In this document: in pieces, positions 1-12,699 of the stretch | Position numbering within the stretch: the first letter of the stretch is position 1 | Layout of the letters: each line of letters starts with the position of its first letter | Assembly: GCF_018350175.1 (NCBI RefSeq) | Contig: NC_058373.1 | Location: 118,422,001 to 118,486,000, forward strand | DNA from: Felis catus | Taxonomy: Eukaryota | Length of the DNA: 64,000 nucleotides | Direction of reading: 5' to 3' | Notes under the pieces: model-generated | Database searches by the model: none | What the model saw: only the letters and a program-made list of their open reading frames with translations | What the model was told of the DNA's origin: nothing | Position numbers and translations under genes: made by a program

Positions 1-99
1 TGTGAATTTTATGATACCTTATATTGGTGCTTAAACTTTCCTTATTCAGTTTCCTAATATAGAAATAATGATCATTTGTTTTACTAACTCCTAGGAGAT

Positions 100-335
100 G
101 ATTATTGATTGCTTACTATGTATCAGGTACTGTTGTAAGTGCTTTGGTACATATTATATAATTTAATCTTTACAACTTTATCAGGTGGATAATATTACTA
201 TCACAATTTTACAGACAGAAAAACTGAGGTACAGAAAAAGTTAAGTCACTTTCCTAATGTCACACAAGTAGAAAAGCTTAGGGATTCATAACCAGGAATC
301 TGTCTCGAGAGCCCAGACCCTCAATTACTATGTTA
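100..335 (-). mobile_element. MIR SINE
   Basis: MIR core in reverse (acagaaaaactgaggtacaga...aagtcactt). Confidence 0.8.
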
Positions 336-494
336 CACTTCTTTTCACAATATTTAAAAGGTACATAAAATTATCATGGACAGAAAAACTCACCATTAAA
401 AAAATTATTAGTAACAGTTAAACAACAGTTAAGCAATATTAATAGCAATATAACTTATCATAGGTTGATATTTAACAGCTATTTCAAAGTTTCA

Positions 495-670
495 TGGCTA
501 CAATTAAGAGTTTTGAAGTTGGACAGACCTGGCTCTGAATCTTGGCTGTGCCCTTTACAGTAAGCTGTGTGACTTTGGACAAGTTTCGTAACTTCACCAA
601 GCCTCAGTTTCCTCATCTGTAAAATGAGAATAATAAACATCTCACAAAATTGTTGTTGTAACATAATTAC
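495..670 (+). mobile_element. MIR SINE
   Basis: gctgtgtgactttggacaagt...gcctcagtttcctcatctgtaaaatg core. Confidence 0.85.
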
Positions 671-1031
671 TGCTATGTTACAGTGATAGGGTAACTCCAA
701 ACAAAATACAGGTACACCAAATACAAAGAGGAGATTCTCAATTTACCCCAGAGAACAGGACTTTATTCTAATGATGTAAAATGACCACTCCAAGTTACCA
801 GAGAAACTATAAAATCCACACACTGGTGTAGAAGCAAAATCTCCTCTAATTTGTAACAAATAATTCCCCTAATTACAAGTCAAATGCCTGAGAGGTAAAA
901 GACTGAATCTGTGAAATATAAAATACTATGTAGACACAAAGAAAGAGACGAACAGAATAGACACTGTTGTTTGCTGACAACTCGCACAAATTCCATTCCG
1001 TACATATCCTTTCTAAGACTGGTAGTATTCA

Positions 1032-1208
1032 GGGGCACCTGGGTGGCTCAGTCCGTTGGGCGTCCGACTTCAGCTTAGGTCATGATCTCACAGCTTGTGA
1101 GCTGGAGCCCTGCACCAGGCTGTGCTCCTGTGCTGACAGCTCAGAGTCTGAGCCTGCTTTAGATTTTGTCTCCATCTCTCCCTGTCCCTCTCCGACTCAT
1201 GCTGTCTG

Positions 1209-1254
<46 letters not shown>

Positions 1255-1288
1255 AAATATAAATAAACATTTAAAAAAAAAAAAAAAA
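1032..1288 (+). mobile_element. Can-SINE
   Basis: ggggcacctgggtggctcag head, CT tract, A tail; TSD aagactg(g/a)tagtattca. Confidence 0.95.
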
Positions 1289-1848
1289 GACTGATAGTAT
1301 TCAAGGGGCCCAAAACGTGAATAGCTGTATCGACAAGGAGTGATTCCTAGCTATGGTAGGAAGAAATTTCTGTAAGAAAAAGACAAAGAGGCATGTCATC
1401 AAAGCAGGGTATTAGTATATTACTACTAAGGAATGATTATTTCATTTGTAACTAGTATTTTATGGGTCAAACAAGTTTAATTGTCACTATTGCTGCCTTT
1501 AGAATCTCAATAAAATAATTTTACAATAAATAAACACATTTCTATTAATACCTGCATTTACCAATAAATCATCTGTAACATTATCTATTTGTGATAAAGT
1601 TAGTTGTTTCTTTGAAGGGGGAAGTTTTAGTAATACAATATAAAAACCTGTTTTTAAAGGAATGATAGGAATAATATTTTACAAAAGCCCTATAGGATAA
1701 TTTTGTTAAACAGCTCATCAATAATATTATCAAGGTGAGTTTTTATGAATGTCACCAGTCTAATAGCAAGAATTCTACTAAGTATTAAAATAACTTATTA
1801 CATAAAAATAATTATTAAAATGATTGTTCATTGTAGCTCAAAGATTTA

Positions 1849-2054
1849 TTTTTTTTAATGTTTATGCATTTATTTTGAGAGAGAAAAAGAGAATGGGTGG
1901 AGGAGGGGCAGAGAGAGACTGGGACAGAGGATCCGAAGCAAGCTCTATGTTGACAGCAGAGAGCCTGATGTGGGTGGGGCTCAAACTCAGGAACTGTGAG
2001 CAATGACCTGAACTGAACTTGGACACTTCAATGACTGAGCCACCCAGGCGCCCC
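1849..2054 (-). mobile_element. Can-SINE
   Basis: Reverse SINE; TSD tagctcaaagattta. Confidence 0.95.
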
Positions 2055-2119
2055 TAGCTCAAAGATTTAATACAGAATGTCCATTCCCTAATATATTCCC
2101 TTTTAACAAATAATTGCAA

Positions 2120-2935
2120 AAACACCGACACATGAAAAGATGCTCATCATCAATAATCATCAGGGAAATGCAAATCAAAACTACAATGACAAATCACATC
2201 ATCTTTGTCAATGACTAAAACCAACAACACAAGAACAGATGTTGGCAAGGATATAGAAAAAAAGGAACACTCATGCACTGCTGGTGGGAATGCAAACTGC
2301 TGTAGTCACTGGAAAACAGTAGGCAGGTTCCTCAAAAATTTTAAAGGAGAAGTACCCTATGATCCAGCAATTGCACTAGTGGGTACTTACCCAAAGAATA
2401 CAAGAACACTAATTTAAAGGGATACATGTGCCCCTATGTTTATAGCAGCATTATTTTTAATAGCCAAGATATGGAAGCAGCCCAAGTGTCCATCAATTGA
2501 TGAACAAAGAAGATGTGGTAAATATATACAGTGGAATATTAGCCATAAAAAATGAAATCTTGCCATTTGCAACAACATGGATAGAGCTAGAGAGTATTAT
2601 GCTGAGTGAAATCAGAGAAAGACAAGCGCCATATGATTTCACTCATGTGTGGAATTTAAGAATCAAAACAAATGAGCAAAGGGGAAGAGAGACAGAGACA
2701 TAAACCAAGAAAAAGACTCTTAACTATAGAAAACCAACTGATGGTTAACAGAAGGGAGGTTGGGGGGTGGGGGATAGGTGAAATAGGTGATGGGGATTGA
2801 GGAGGAGTGCACTTGTTGTGATGAGCACTGCATTTTGTATGGAATTGTACCACTAAATTGTACATCTGAAATTAATATTACACTGTATGTTAACTGGAAT
2901 TTAAATTAAAACTTTAAAAAACTAAACAAAAAATA
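2120..2935 (+). mobile_element. Carnivore L1 3' end (ORF2 C-terminus + 3'UTR)
   Basis: ORF track peptides ([22 protein letters not shown]), G-rich 3'UTR tract, A tail. Confidence 0.9.
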
Positions 2936-3339
2936 ATTCCAAAAATAGCCTTCAAATTTTCTTAATAAATTTATAAAGGTTTTTGTCTAGAATATGGCAA
3001 TCTGTTTTCACAAAGCACCCTTTTAAAAGAAAACTTATTAGTTAAATAGGAAATCCTTAGGAAATCCTTTAAAAACCTATTGTAAACATATCAAAGGAAA
3101 TGAATATAGGAAAATAAGGTGCTTGAGGTAACTTGGCCATTACAGAACTCCAAACAAAAATTCAAGTCCTTCTGCTCTGTATCTTAACAATTTGTAATTT
3201 TTCAACTTGATAAGCATTTCGTTCACTACTTTACTTTCTCTAAGTGATGAGAATAATTTTTGTCCTTTTTGTGACTCTATTAATAACCAATAAAATCAAG
3301 TTGTTCAATCACAACTCACAAATATGAAAAATTGTGACT

Positions 3340-4406
3340 TAGGAATTTTTAGGTAGCTTTTTATTTTATATAGCTTGCAAATACCACTGATTATTTACAT
3401 TTCCCTCATTTGCTTTGTCATTCTTTCACACTTTTTTTTTCCTGAACCATGTGAGTCGCAGACACTGTACCATTTTAGCACTCGTTTCTTTTTTTATTAT
3501 TAAATGTAATTTATTGTCAAATTGGTTTCCGTACAACACCCAGTGCTCATCCCAACAGGTGCCCTCCTCAAGGCCTATCACCCACTTTCCCCTCTCCCCC
3601 ACCCCCCCATCAACCCTCTGTTCTCAGTATTTAAGAGTCTCTTATGGTTTGCCTCCCTCCTTCTCTGTAACTATTTTTTTCCCTTTTTCCCTCCCCCATG
3701 GTCTTCTGTTAGGTTTCTCAGGATCCACGTATGAGCAGCACTCAATGTTTCTATGTATTTTCCCAGGAAGACAGATATGCACTTAGATAACCACAGTGTA
3801 GCAAATCAGAGCAGTATTGTATCAATGTTAATATTTCTGTTACATAATTACACTCCATGTTCAAATGTTTCCAACTGCCTTAAAAATGTCCTTTAAAGCT
3901 ACTGATTTCCCCAGTCCAAAATCCAATTCAGGACCTTGCATTACATTTAGTGGTAATGTCTCTATAGAAACTTACCATCTGAACAGTTCCTTAGTCTGTG
4001 TCTTTTAAAACTAATATTTTAAAAGAATATAGACTAGTTATCTTGCAGAATGTCCCTCAATTATGTTTGTCTGATGGTCTCTCATGTTTAAACTCAGGCT
4101 ATGCATTTTTTACAGGAATGTCACAAAGTAATGTTGGGTCCTTCACGCACATATCGAAAACTCCAAGAGGCTAGTGGGTTCTATTATCAGTGATACTAAC
4201 TTTGATCATTTGGTAAAAGAGTCTCCTGCCAAGTTTCTCTACTGTAAAGTTACTAATTTTCTCTTTGTAATAAGTTAATATTTTGTAAGGAACTATCTTG
4301 AGGCTATGTAAATATCACGTTCCTTATCAAACTTTCACCTAATAGTTTTGGTACTTGCAAATTATTCTTGCGTGAAAGTACTATTTAAATTGTTCTGAAA
4401 TAGTCA
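3340..4406 (-). mobile_element. Old L1MC-type 3' fragment interrupted by a younger carnivore L1 3'UTR (about 3490-3735, minus)
   Basis: Matches recalled L1MC 3' motifs (agaatgtccctcaat...gtttctctactgtaaagttact); inner piece has a T tail and L1 3'UTR motifs. Confidence 0.7.
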
Positions 4407-4634
4407 TTTTTTCTTTTTTCTTTTTTTAATGTTTATTTTTGAGAGAGAGAGAGAGAAAGAGAAAGAGCATGAACAGGAGAAGGGTAGAGAGAGACAGAGA
4501 CACAGAATCCAAAGCAGGATCCAGGCTGTGAGCTGTCAGCACAGAGCCCAACGTGGGGCTCAAACTCACAAACTGTGAGATCATTACCTGAGCTGAAGTC
4601 GGACACTTAACTGACTAAGCCACCCAGGTGCCCC
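4407..4634 (-). mobile_element. Can-SINE
   Basis: Reverse head ends cacccaggtgcccc. Confidence 0.95.
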
Positions 4635-5385
4635 TAATCTTTCTCAGTTGTGCTAAGTCTATCACTCACATCTTATACTCAGTCTGAATCTAAGTACAAA
4701 ACTGCATAATAACAGGTATCATGTAATCAGATCTTACTATGTGTAAGCTATTTCCTACCCTTCCCCTATGATCATCTGTTAAGTTTCTCAAATTCCACAT
4801 GTGAGTGAAATCATGTGTTATGTCTTTCTCTGACTGACTTATTTGCTTGGCATAATACACTCTAGTTCCATCCACATTGTTGGAAATGGCAAGATATCAT
4901 TCTTTTTCATTGCCAAGTAGTATTCCATTGTGTGTATATATACCACATCTTCTTGATCCATTCATCACTTCATGGACATTTGGGCTCTTTCCATAATTTA
5001 GCTATTATTGATAGCACTGCTATAAACATTGGGGTGCATGTGGCCCTTCAAATCAACACTCCTGTATCCTTTGAATAAATTCCTAGTAGTGTAATAGCTG
5101 GGTTGTAGGGTAATTCTATTTTTAATTTTTTGAGGAACCTCCACACTGTTTTCCAGAGTGGCTGCATCAGTTTGCATTCCCACCAACAGTACAAGAGGGT
5201 TCCCCTTTATCCACTTCCTCACCAACATGTGTTGTTGCCTGAGTTGTTAATTTTAGCCACTCTGACCAGTGTGAGGTGGTATCTCACTGTGGTTTTGATC
5301 TGTATTTACCTAATGGTGAGTGATTTTGAGCATATTTTCATGTGTCTGTTTGCCACCTGGATGTCTTCTTTGGAAAAGCGTCTAC

Positions 5386-5838
5386 GGGCACCTGGGTAGC
5401 TCAGTCAGTTAAGTGTCTGACTTCGGTTCAAGTCATGATCTCACAGTTCATGAGTTCAAATCCCACATCGGGTTCTGTGCTGACAGCTCAGAGCCTGGAG
5501 CATGCTTCAGATTCTGGGTCTCCCCCTCTCTCTGCCCCTCCCCCACTTGTACTCAGTCTCTCTCAAAAAAAAAAAAAAACTGAATAAGGGGCACCTGGGT
5601 GGCTCAGTTGTTTAAGCATCTGACTTCGGCTCAGGTCATGATCTCCTGGTTTGTGAATTCGAGCCCCTCAGTGGGCTCTATGCTGACAGCTCAGAGCCTG
5701 GAGCCCGCTTAAGATTCTGTATCTCCCCCTCTCTGCCCCTCCCCTGCTCATGCTCTGTCTCTCTCTGACTCTCAATAATAAATAAATGTAAAAATATATA
5801 TATTTAAAAAATGAACACATACTAAAAAAATTAAAAAA
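5386..5838 (+). mobile_element. Two nested Can-SINEs (heads at 5386 and 5588) inside L1 ORF2
   Basis: Two heads and tails; L1 resumes at gtctattcatgtc. Confidence 0.92.
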
Positions 5839-8800
5839 GGGAAAGTCTATTCATGTCTTCTGCTCATTTCTTCACTGGATTATTTGTCTTTTGAGTATTG
5901 AGTTTGGTAAATTCTTTATAGATTTTTGACACTAACCCTTTATCCGATATGCCATTGCAAATATCTTCCCCCATTCTTTAGGCTGCCTTTTAGTTTTGTT
6001 GTTTCCTTTGCTGTGCAGAAGCTTTTTATTGTGATCAGGTCCCAAAAGTTCATTTTTGCTTTTATTTTCCTTGCCTTCGGAGAGAGACATGTCAAGTAAG
6101 AACCTGCTGTGGCCAAGGTCAAAGGGGTTGCTGCCTGTTTTCTCATGTAGGAATTTGATGGTTTCCTGTCTCACATTTAGGTCTTTTATTCATTTTGAAT
6201 TTATTTTTGTGTGTGGTGTAAGAAAGTGGTCCAGTTTCATTCTTCTACATGTTGCTGACCAGTTCTTCTAACACCATTTGCTAAAGATAGTGTCTTTTCT
6301 CCATTGGATACTCTTTCTTGCTTTGTGGAAGATTGGTTGGCCATATACTTGTGGGTCCATTTGTGGGTTCCATTGATCTATGTATCTGTTTTTGTGTCAA
6401 TACCACACTGTCTTGACGATTACAACTTCCTAATACAGGCTAAAGTCCAGGATTGTGATGCCTCCAGCTTTGTTTTTTTCCCCCCAACATTACTTTGGTT
6501 ATTCGGGGTCTTTGGTGGTTCCATTCAAATTTTAGGATTGTTTGTTCTAGCTCTGTGAAGAATGCTGGTGTTATTTTGATTGGGACTGAACTGAATGTGA
6601 GGATTGCTCTGGGTAGTACTGACATTTTAACAATATCTGTTCTCCCAATCCATGAGCATGGAATGTTTTTTTCCATTTCTTTGTGTCTTCTTCAATTTCT
6701 TTGATAAGCTTTCTATACTTTTCAGAGATCTTCTACCTCTTCGGTTAGGTTTCTTCCTAGGCATTTTACGTTTTTTGATGAAATTGTAAATGGGATCGAT
6801 TCCGTGATCTCTCTTTCTGTTGCTTCATTATTGGTATATAGAAATGTGACCGATTTCTGTACATTGGTTTTATATCCTGAGACTTTGCTGAATTCCTGTA
6901 TCAGCTCTGGCAGTTTTTTGGTGGAGTCTTTGGATTTTCCATGTAGAGTATCATGTCATTTGCAAAAAGTGAAAGTTTGACTTCTTTGCCAATGTCTATG
7001 CCTTTTATTTTGTTCTGTTGTCTGACTGCTACTGCGAGGACTTCCAACACTATGTTAAACAACAGTGGTGAGAGTGGACATCCCTGTCATGTTCCTGATC
7101 TGAGGGGAAAGCTCTCAGTTTTTCCCCATTGAGGATGATACTAGATGTAGGCCTTTCATATACGGTTTTTATGATGTTAAAGTATGTTCCTTCTATCCTG
7201 ACTTTCTTAAGGGTTTTTTTTTATTAAGGAAGGATGCTGTATTTTGTCAAATGCTTTTTCTCCATCTATTGACAGGATCATACGGTTCTTATCCTTTCTT
7301 CTATTAACGTGACGTATCATATTGACTGATTTGCAAATATTGAACCAGCCCTGCAGTCCAGGAATGAATCCCACTTGATCATGGTAATTCTTTTTATATA
7401 CTGTTGAATTCGATTTGCTAGTACCCTGTCACGAATTTCTGCATCCAGGTTCATCAGAGATACTGGCCTCTAATTCTCCTTTTTAGTAGAGTCTTTGTCT
7501 GGTTTGGGAATCAAGGTAAGGTTGGCTTCAAGCTTTCCTTCCGTTTCTGTTTTTTGGAACAGTTTGAGAAGAACAGGTATTAACTCTGCTCTGCTATAAA
7601 TGTCTGGTAGAATTCCTCTGGGAAGCCATTTGGTCCAGGACTATTATTTGTTAGAAGATTTTTGATAACTGATTCAATTTCTTTGCTGGTTATGGGTCTG
7701 TTCTATTTCTTCCTGTTTGAGTTTTGGTAGTGTGTGAGTGTCTAGGAATTGGTCCATCTCTTCCAGATTGTCCAGTTTGTTGACATATAATTTTTCATAG
7801 TACTCTCTAATGATCTGTTTTTCTGTGGTGTTGGTTGTGATCTCTCCTCTTTCATTCATGATTTTACTCTGGTCCTATTTGGTACCATTTGAGTCCTCTC
7901 TCTTTTGTTTTTGAGACATATGGCCAGGGGTTTATCAATTTTATTCTTTCAAAAAACCAGCTCTTAGATTCATTGCTCTGTTCGACTGTTTTTTTGGATT
8001 TTATATTGTTTATTTCTGCTCTAATCTTTATTATTTCTCCTCTTCTGCTAGCTTTAGGCTTTTTCTGCTGCTGCCTTTCTAGCTACTTTAGGTGTAAGGT
8101 TAGGTTGTATATGGGACCTTTCTTGCTTCTTGAGATAGCCCTGAATCACAGTGTATTTTCACCTTAGGACTGCCTTTGCTGCATCCCAAAGGATTTAGAC
8201 TATCTTGTTTTCATTTTCATTTGCTTCCATATTTTTTTTTTAGTTGTTCTTTAATTTCTTGGTTGGCCCATTCATTCTTTAGGAGGATATTCCTTAACCT
8301 CCATGCATTTGGGGACTTTCCAGGGTTTTTCTTGTGATTGATTTCAAGTTTCATAGCATTGTGATCTCAAAATATGCATGGTATTATTATATACTTATTA
8401 TCTTATTATACTTATAAGATAATATTATCTTATTATACTTATTGAGGGCTATTTTGTGACCCAGTATGTGATCTATTTCGGAGAATGTTCTATGTGCACT
8501 CGAGAAGAATGTATATTCTGCTACTTTAAGATGAAAAGTTCTAAATATATCTGTTAAGTCCATCTAGGCCAATGTGTCATTCAGAGCCATAGTTTCCTTA
8601 CTGATTTTCTGCCTAGATGATCTGTCCATTGCTATAAGTGGAGTATTCAAGTTCCCTATAATTACAGTATTATTATCTATACAGGTGTTTATGTTTGTGA
8701 TTAACTGATTTATATATTTGGGTACTTTCATATTGGGGGCATAAACATTTACAACTGTTAGCTCTTCTTGATGAATAGACGCCGTAATAATGATATAATG

Positions 8801-9816
8801 CCCTTCATCTCTTGTTACGGTCTTTGTTTTAAAATCTAGTTTGTCTGATAGAAGTATGGCTACTCCAGCTTTCTTTGGCCGTCCAATAGCATGATAGATG
8901 GTTTTCTATCCCCTCACTTTCAATCTGCAGGTGTCCTTAGGTCTGAAATGAGTCTCTTGTAGACAGCACATAGATGGATCTTGGTTTTTTATCCATTCTG
9001 ATACCCTATGTCTTTTGATTGGGGCATTTAGTCCATTTATATTCAGAGTGATTACTGAAAGGTATGGATTTAGTGCCATTGTGTTAGCTGTAGGTCTCAT
9101 GTTTGTGGTGATGTCTCTGGTCCTTTGTAGTCATTGCTGCTTTCCACTATCAGAATACCCTTTAGGCTCTCCTGCAGGACTGGTTTAGTGGGCATGAACT
9201 CCTTTAGTTTTTGTTTGTCTGGGAAAGCCTTGATCTCTCTTTCTATTCTGAATGACAGCCTTGCTGGATAAAGGATTCTTGGCTGCATATTTTTCTTATT
9301 CAACACAGTGAATATTTCCTGCCACTCCCTTCTGGCCTGCCAAGTTTCAGTGGACAGTTTGCTACTACCCTTATGTGTCTACCCTTGTTGGTTAAGGCCC
9401 GTTTGTCGCTAGCTGCTTTCAGCTCTCTTTATCTTTGTATTTTGCCAGTTTCACTATGATATGTCATGGTGTTGACCTGTTTTTGATTTTGAAGGGAGTT
9501 CTCTGTGCCTCGTGGACTTGGATGTCTGTTTCCTTCCTCAGATTAGGGGAGTTCTCAGCTATAATCTGTTCAAATAAACCTTGTTCCCCTCTCTCTCCCT
9601 CTTCTTCTGGAACTCCTATATATGGGTATTATTTTTGTTTCATGGAATCACCAGCTCTCTAATTATCCCCTCATGATCCAGTAATTTTCATTCCCTCTGT
9701 TTTTCAGCTTCATCATTTTCCATAATTTTATCTTCTATTTCACCTATTCTCTCCTCTGCATCCTCCATCCTCGCTGTCCTTGTATCTAGTTTATTTTGCA
9801 TCTTATTTGTAGCATT

Positions 9817-10025
9817 AAAAAAATTTTTTTTAATGTTTATTTATTTTTGAGAGACAGAGTGTGAGTGGGAGAGGAGCAGACAGAGAGGGAGACACAATAT
9901 CCAAAGCAGGCTCCAGGCTCTGAGCTGTCAGCACAGAGCCCGACGTGGGTCTCTAACTCACCAACAGTGAGATCATGACCTGAGCCGAAGTTGGACACTT
10001 ACCGACTGGGCCACCCAGGCGCCCC
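9817..10025 (-). mobile_element. Can-SINE inside L1 ORF1
   Basis: TSD tgtagcatt. Confidence 0.92.
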
Positions 10026-11306
10026 TGTAGCATTTCTTAATTCACCATACTTCGTAGGTCTTTGATCTCTGCAGCAAGATTCTCTGCTGTCTTCTACGTT
10101 TTCAAGCCCAGCTATTAGTCTTATGTTATTCTAAATTCTTAGATATGTTGTTTCTATCTGTTTTGAGCAATTCTCTGTCATTTCTTCCTGGATTTTCTTT
10201 TGAGGAGAATTCTTCTGTTTCATGATTTTGGCTAGGTTTCTGTCCTTTAGGTGTTTTAATAGCTTGTAATGTGTCCTGCACCTGTGAGTACTACTATATT
10301 AAAAAGGGATCATACACTGTCCAGGGCCTGGCACTTCAGGAAGTGTTTTTGGAGTGTGTTGCCTGCATTCTGTTGTTGCACATTTGGTTGCTCTATCCCA
10401 CTGTTCAGTCCTCTGCAAAACTCCTCCTTGCCTGTCATGGTAGAGTGTCTGGACCTTCCATCAGGTGTGCTTTGATTTGTTAGTTGAGATCCTGCCGAGC
10501 TGTCTCCTCTACCTGTGGAGATCCTTCTGCCACTCTGCAGATTAATTTCCTGGGTGTTCCAAGTGATCTGACCTCAATACAGCTGTGTTTGAGGGTGAGG
10601 GAAATCCGGGTCACCCTATTTCTCCATCATCTTAACTCCTCTCCACACTTTCTCTCTACACTGGGCACCCCACTCTTCTGCACTCCAGCAGCAGCAGTGA
10701 CAGGGGTGGGGTTTCTGGGAGTGGAAAATCTCACTAGGTTATATTTGAGCAGACAGATCTGAAGATATTGAGTAGTAAGAGGGAAAACCCAAGTACACAG
10801 GTGAGAGAGAGCATTCTGGGTCAAAGGAACACCAAGTGCCCAATTCCTGAGGCAGAACTATGCCCAGTGAGGAATAGAAAGGAGATAATGTAGCTATATA
10901 GCTTTCTTAGTAAAGGGAGAATGGGAAACGAGGTCAGAAAGGAAGCCAAGTTCTTCATATGGTTTCACAGGATATTATGAGGGGAGAAATCAGGAGTTTG
11001 GTTGTTAAGCCCAATAAAATGTAAAAGTTTATGAATAAGATAGCTATATGTCAAATTAACTTTTGAAAATGGCTAGCTCCAAGTCTATCACACGTAATAT
11101 TCATCATTAAACAGTCCTAATTACTCCAAGTCTGGAAGCAGTATCTCCTTCCTCTGAATCACTGCTTTTTCAAAAACTTCTTGTAGCATTTACTACATTT
11201 TACATATTATAACTATTGGTGTAGATCATGTCCTATGGAATTTAAGCACCTTGAGAGTAGAATTCATAGTTTATAGTTGTTTAATAGTAATAAAGGGCCA
11301 CTGTTG

Positions 11307-11494
11307 GGATGTCTGGGTGGCTTAGTTAAGCATCCAACTCTTGATTTCAGCTCAGGTCATGATCCCAGGGTTGTGGGATCAAGCCCCATGTTGGACTCTG
11401 CTCTGAGCATGGAGCCTGCTTAAGATTCTCTCTCTCCCGCTGGCCCCCTCCCCTGCTTGCACTCTCTAATGAAAGAAAGAAAGAAAGAAAGAAA

Positions 11495-11536
<42 letters not shown>

Positions 11537-11620
11537 AAAGAAAGAAAAGAGAAAAGAAAAGAAAAAGAAAAAGAAAAAGAAAAAGAAAAAGAAAAGAAAA
11601 AAAAGAAAGAAAAAGAAAAA
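11307..11620 (+). mobile_element. Can-SINE with expanded (GAAA)n/(GAAAAA)n tail
   Basis: SINE head then about 150 nt purine microsatellite (11471-11620); TSD core aaagggccac. Confidence 0.9.
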
Positions 11621-12147
11621 GGGCCACCACTTACTGAGGATATTTATCAGTCAGCTCATTTAATCCTATTATCACTTCCATTAGTATTTAGCACATCAGA
11701 AAATTCAGGTTTAGAGATATTAAATAACTGATGCAAAACTATACAGATAATTAGTAGGGTAACATTTTAACTCAGGTTTGTCTGACTCTAGAGCCAATGT
11801 TTCATGTTGTCTTTAATCAACTTCAGCATCTAATTTAGAACCTTGTTTTCAAAAGGCACCTAATATATTTGTACCAAATAAATAACTAAAATAAATAACT
11901 CTGTTTAGGGACAGAAGATGAATTAGAGTCAGACCAATGATCAGATCAGAATTGGAAAAAGCAGGGGAAAAAAGATAAAATCCTTAATAAGGCTTGTAAA
12001 AAGTTTGGCATAACTTTGGGCTTGCCCATTGGTCCAACTACACCTGTCCTTTGATATCTTAAACCCGCCATGCTTCCTTTCACCATAAGGTCTCTCTAAT
12101 TGATAGTTTTAACAATTGCTTACTTTTCCCTAAGTTAATTCTACTTG

Positions 12148-12357
12148 TTATTTTTTTAATTTTTATTATTTTTGAGAGAGAGAGCACAAATGAGCCAGAG
12201 AGGGGCAGAGAGAGAGGGAGAAACAGGATCTGAAGCAGGCTCCAGGCTCTGAGCTGTCAACACAGATCCTCATGCAGGGCCTGAACTCATGAACCAGGAG
12301 ATCATGACCTGAGCTGAGGATGAGACACTTAACCAACCAAGCCACCCAGCTGCCCCC
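12148..12357 (-). mobile_element. Can-SINE in an L2-like relic
   Basis: TSD aattctact. Confidence 0.9.
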
Positions 12358-12699
12358 AATTCTACTCATTCTTCAGAGCTCTGTTCAGATATCACTTCCT
12401 CAAAGTAACTGTCCTTGACCACTGCCTCTCTCACCTGAACTAAATCTCTATAATAAGCAAGTAACATCCTGCTTCTCTTTTATACTTTATCACAATATAA
12501 ATAAATGTGTACTTAATACGTCTCTTCTCTGCAAGAATAAAAACAGCATGAGGGCAGGATCCTCATCTGTCAAGTTCACTGCAAATGATTAGTAAATCCT
12601 TAAAATTGTTTATAATATTGCTTTATTATTATAACTTATATTTAGGAAATGATTCAATAAGAGACATCCCTTACAAATTATTATAGAGTAGATTGTGTC

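Larger units (their letters stand above)
4752..10644 (-). mobile_element. Decayed near-full-length carnivore LINE-1 (5'UTR, ORF1, ORF2, partial 3'UTR)
   Basis: 5' terminus ggagaggagttaagatgatggagaa; ORF1 C-terminus (MQPRILYPARLSF, 9097-9306); endonuclease N-terminus (MALNPYLSVITLNINGLNAPIKRHRV, 8906-9100); ORF2 pieces (NIPCSWIGR); many stops/indels; three SINE insertions. Confidence 0.92.

Noticed and set aside
1032..1110. tRNA-like A/B boxes
   Set aside because: tRNA-derived SINE heads, not tRNA genes
11457..11663. Lys/Arg/Glu-rich ORF
   Set aside because: Translation of a (GAAA)n SINE tail
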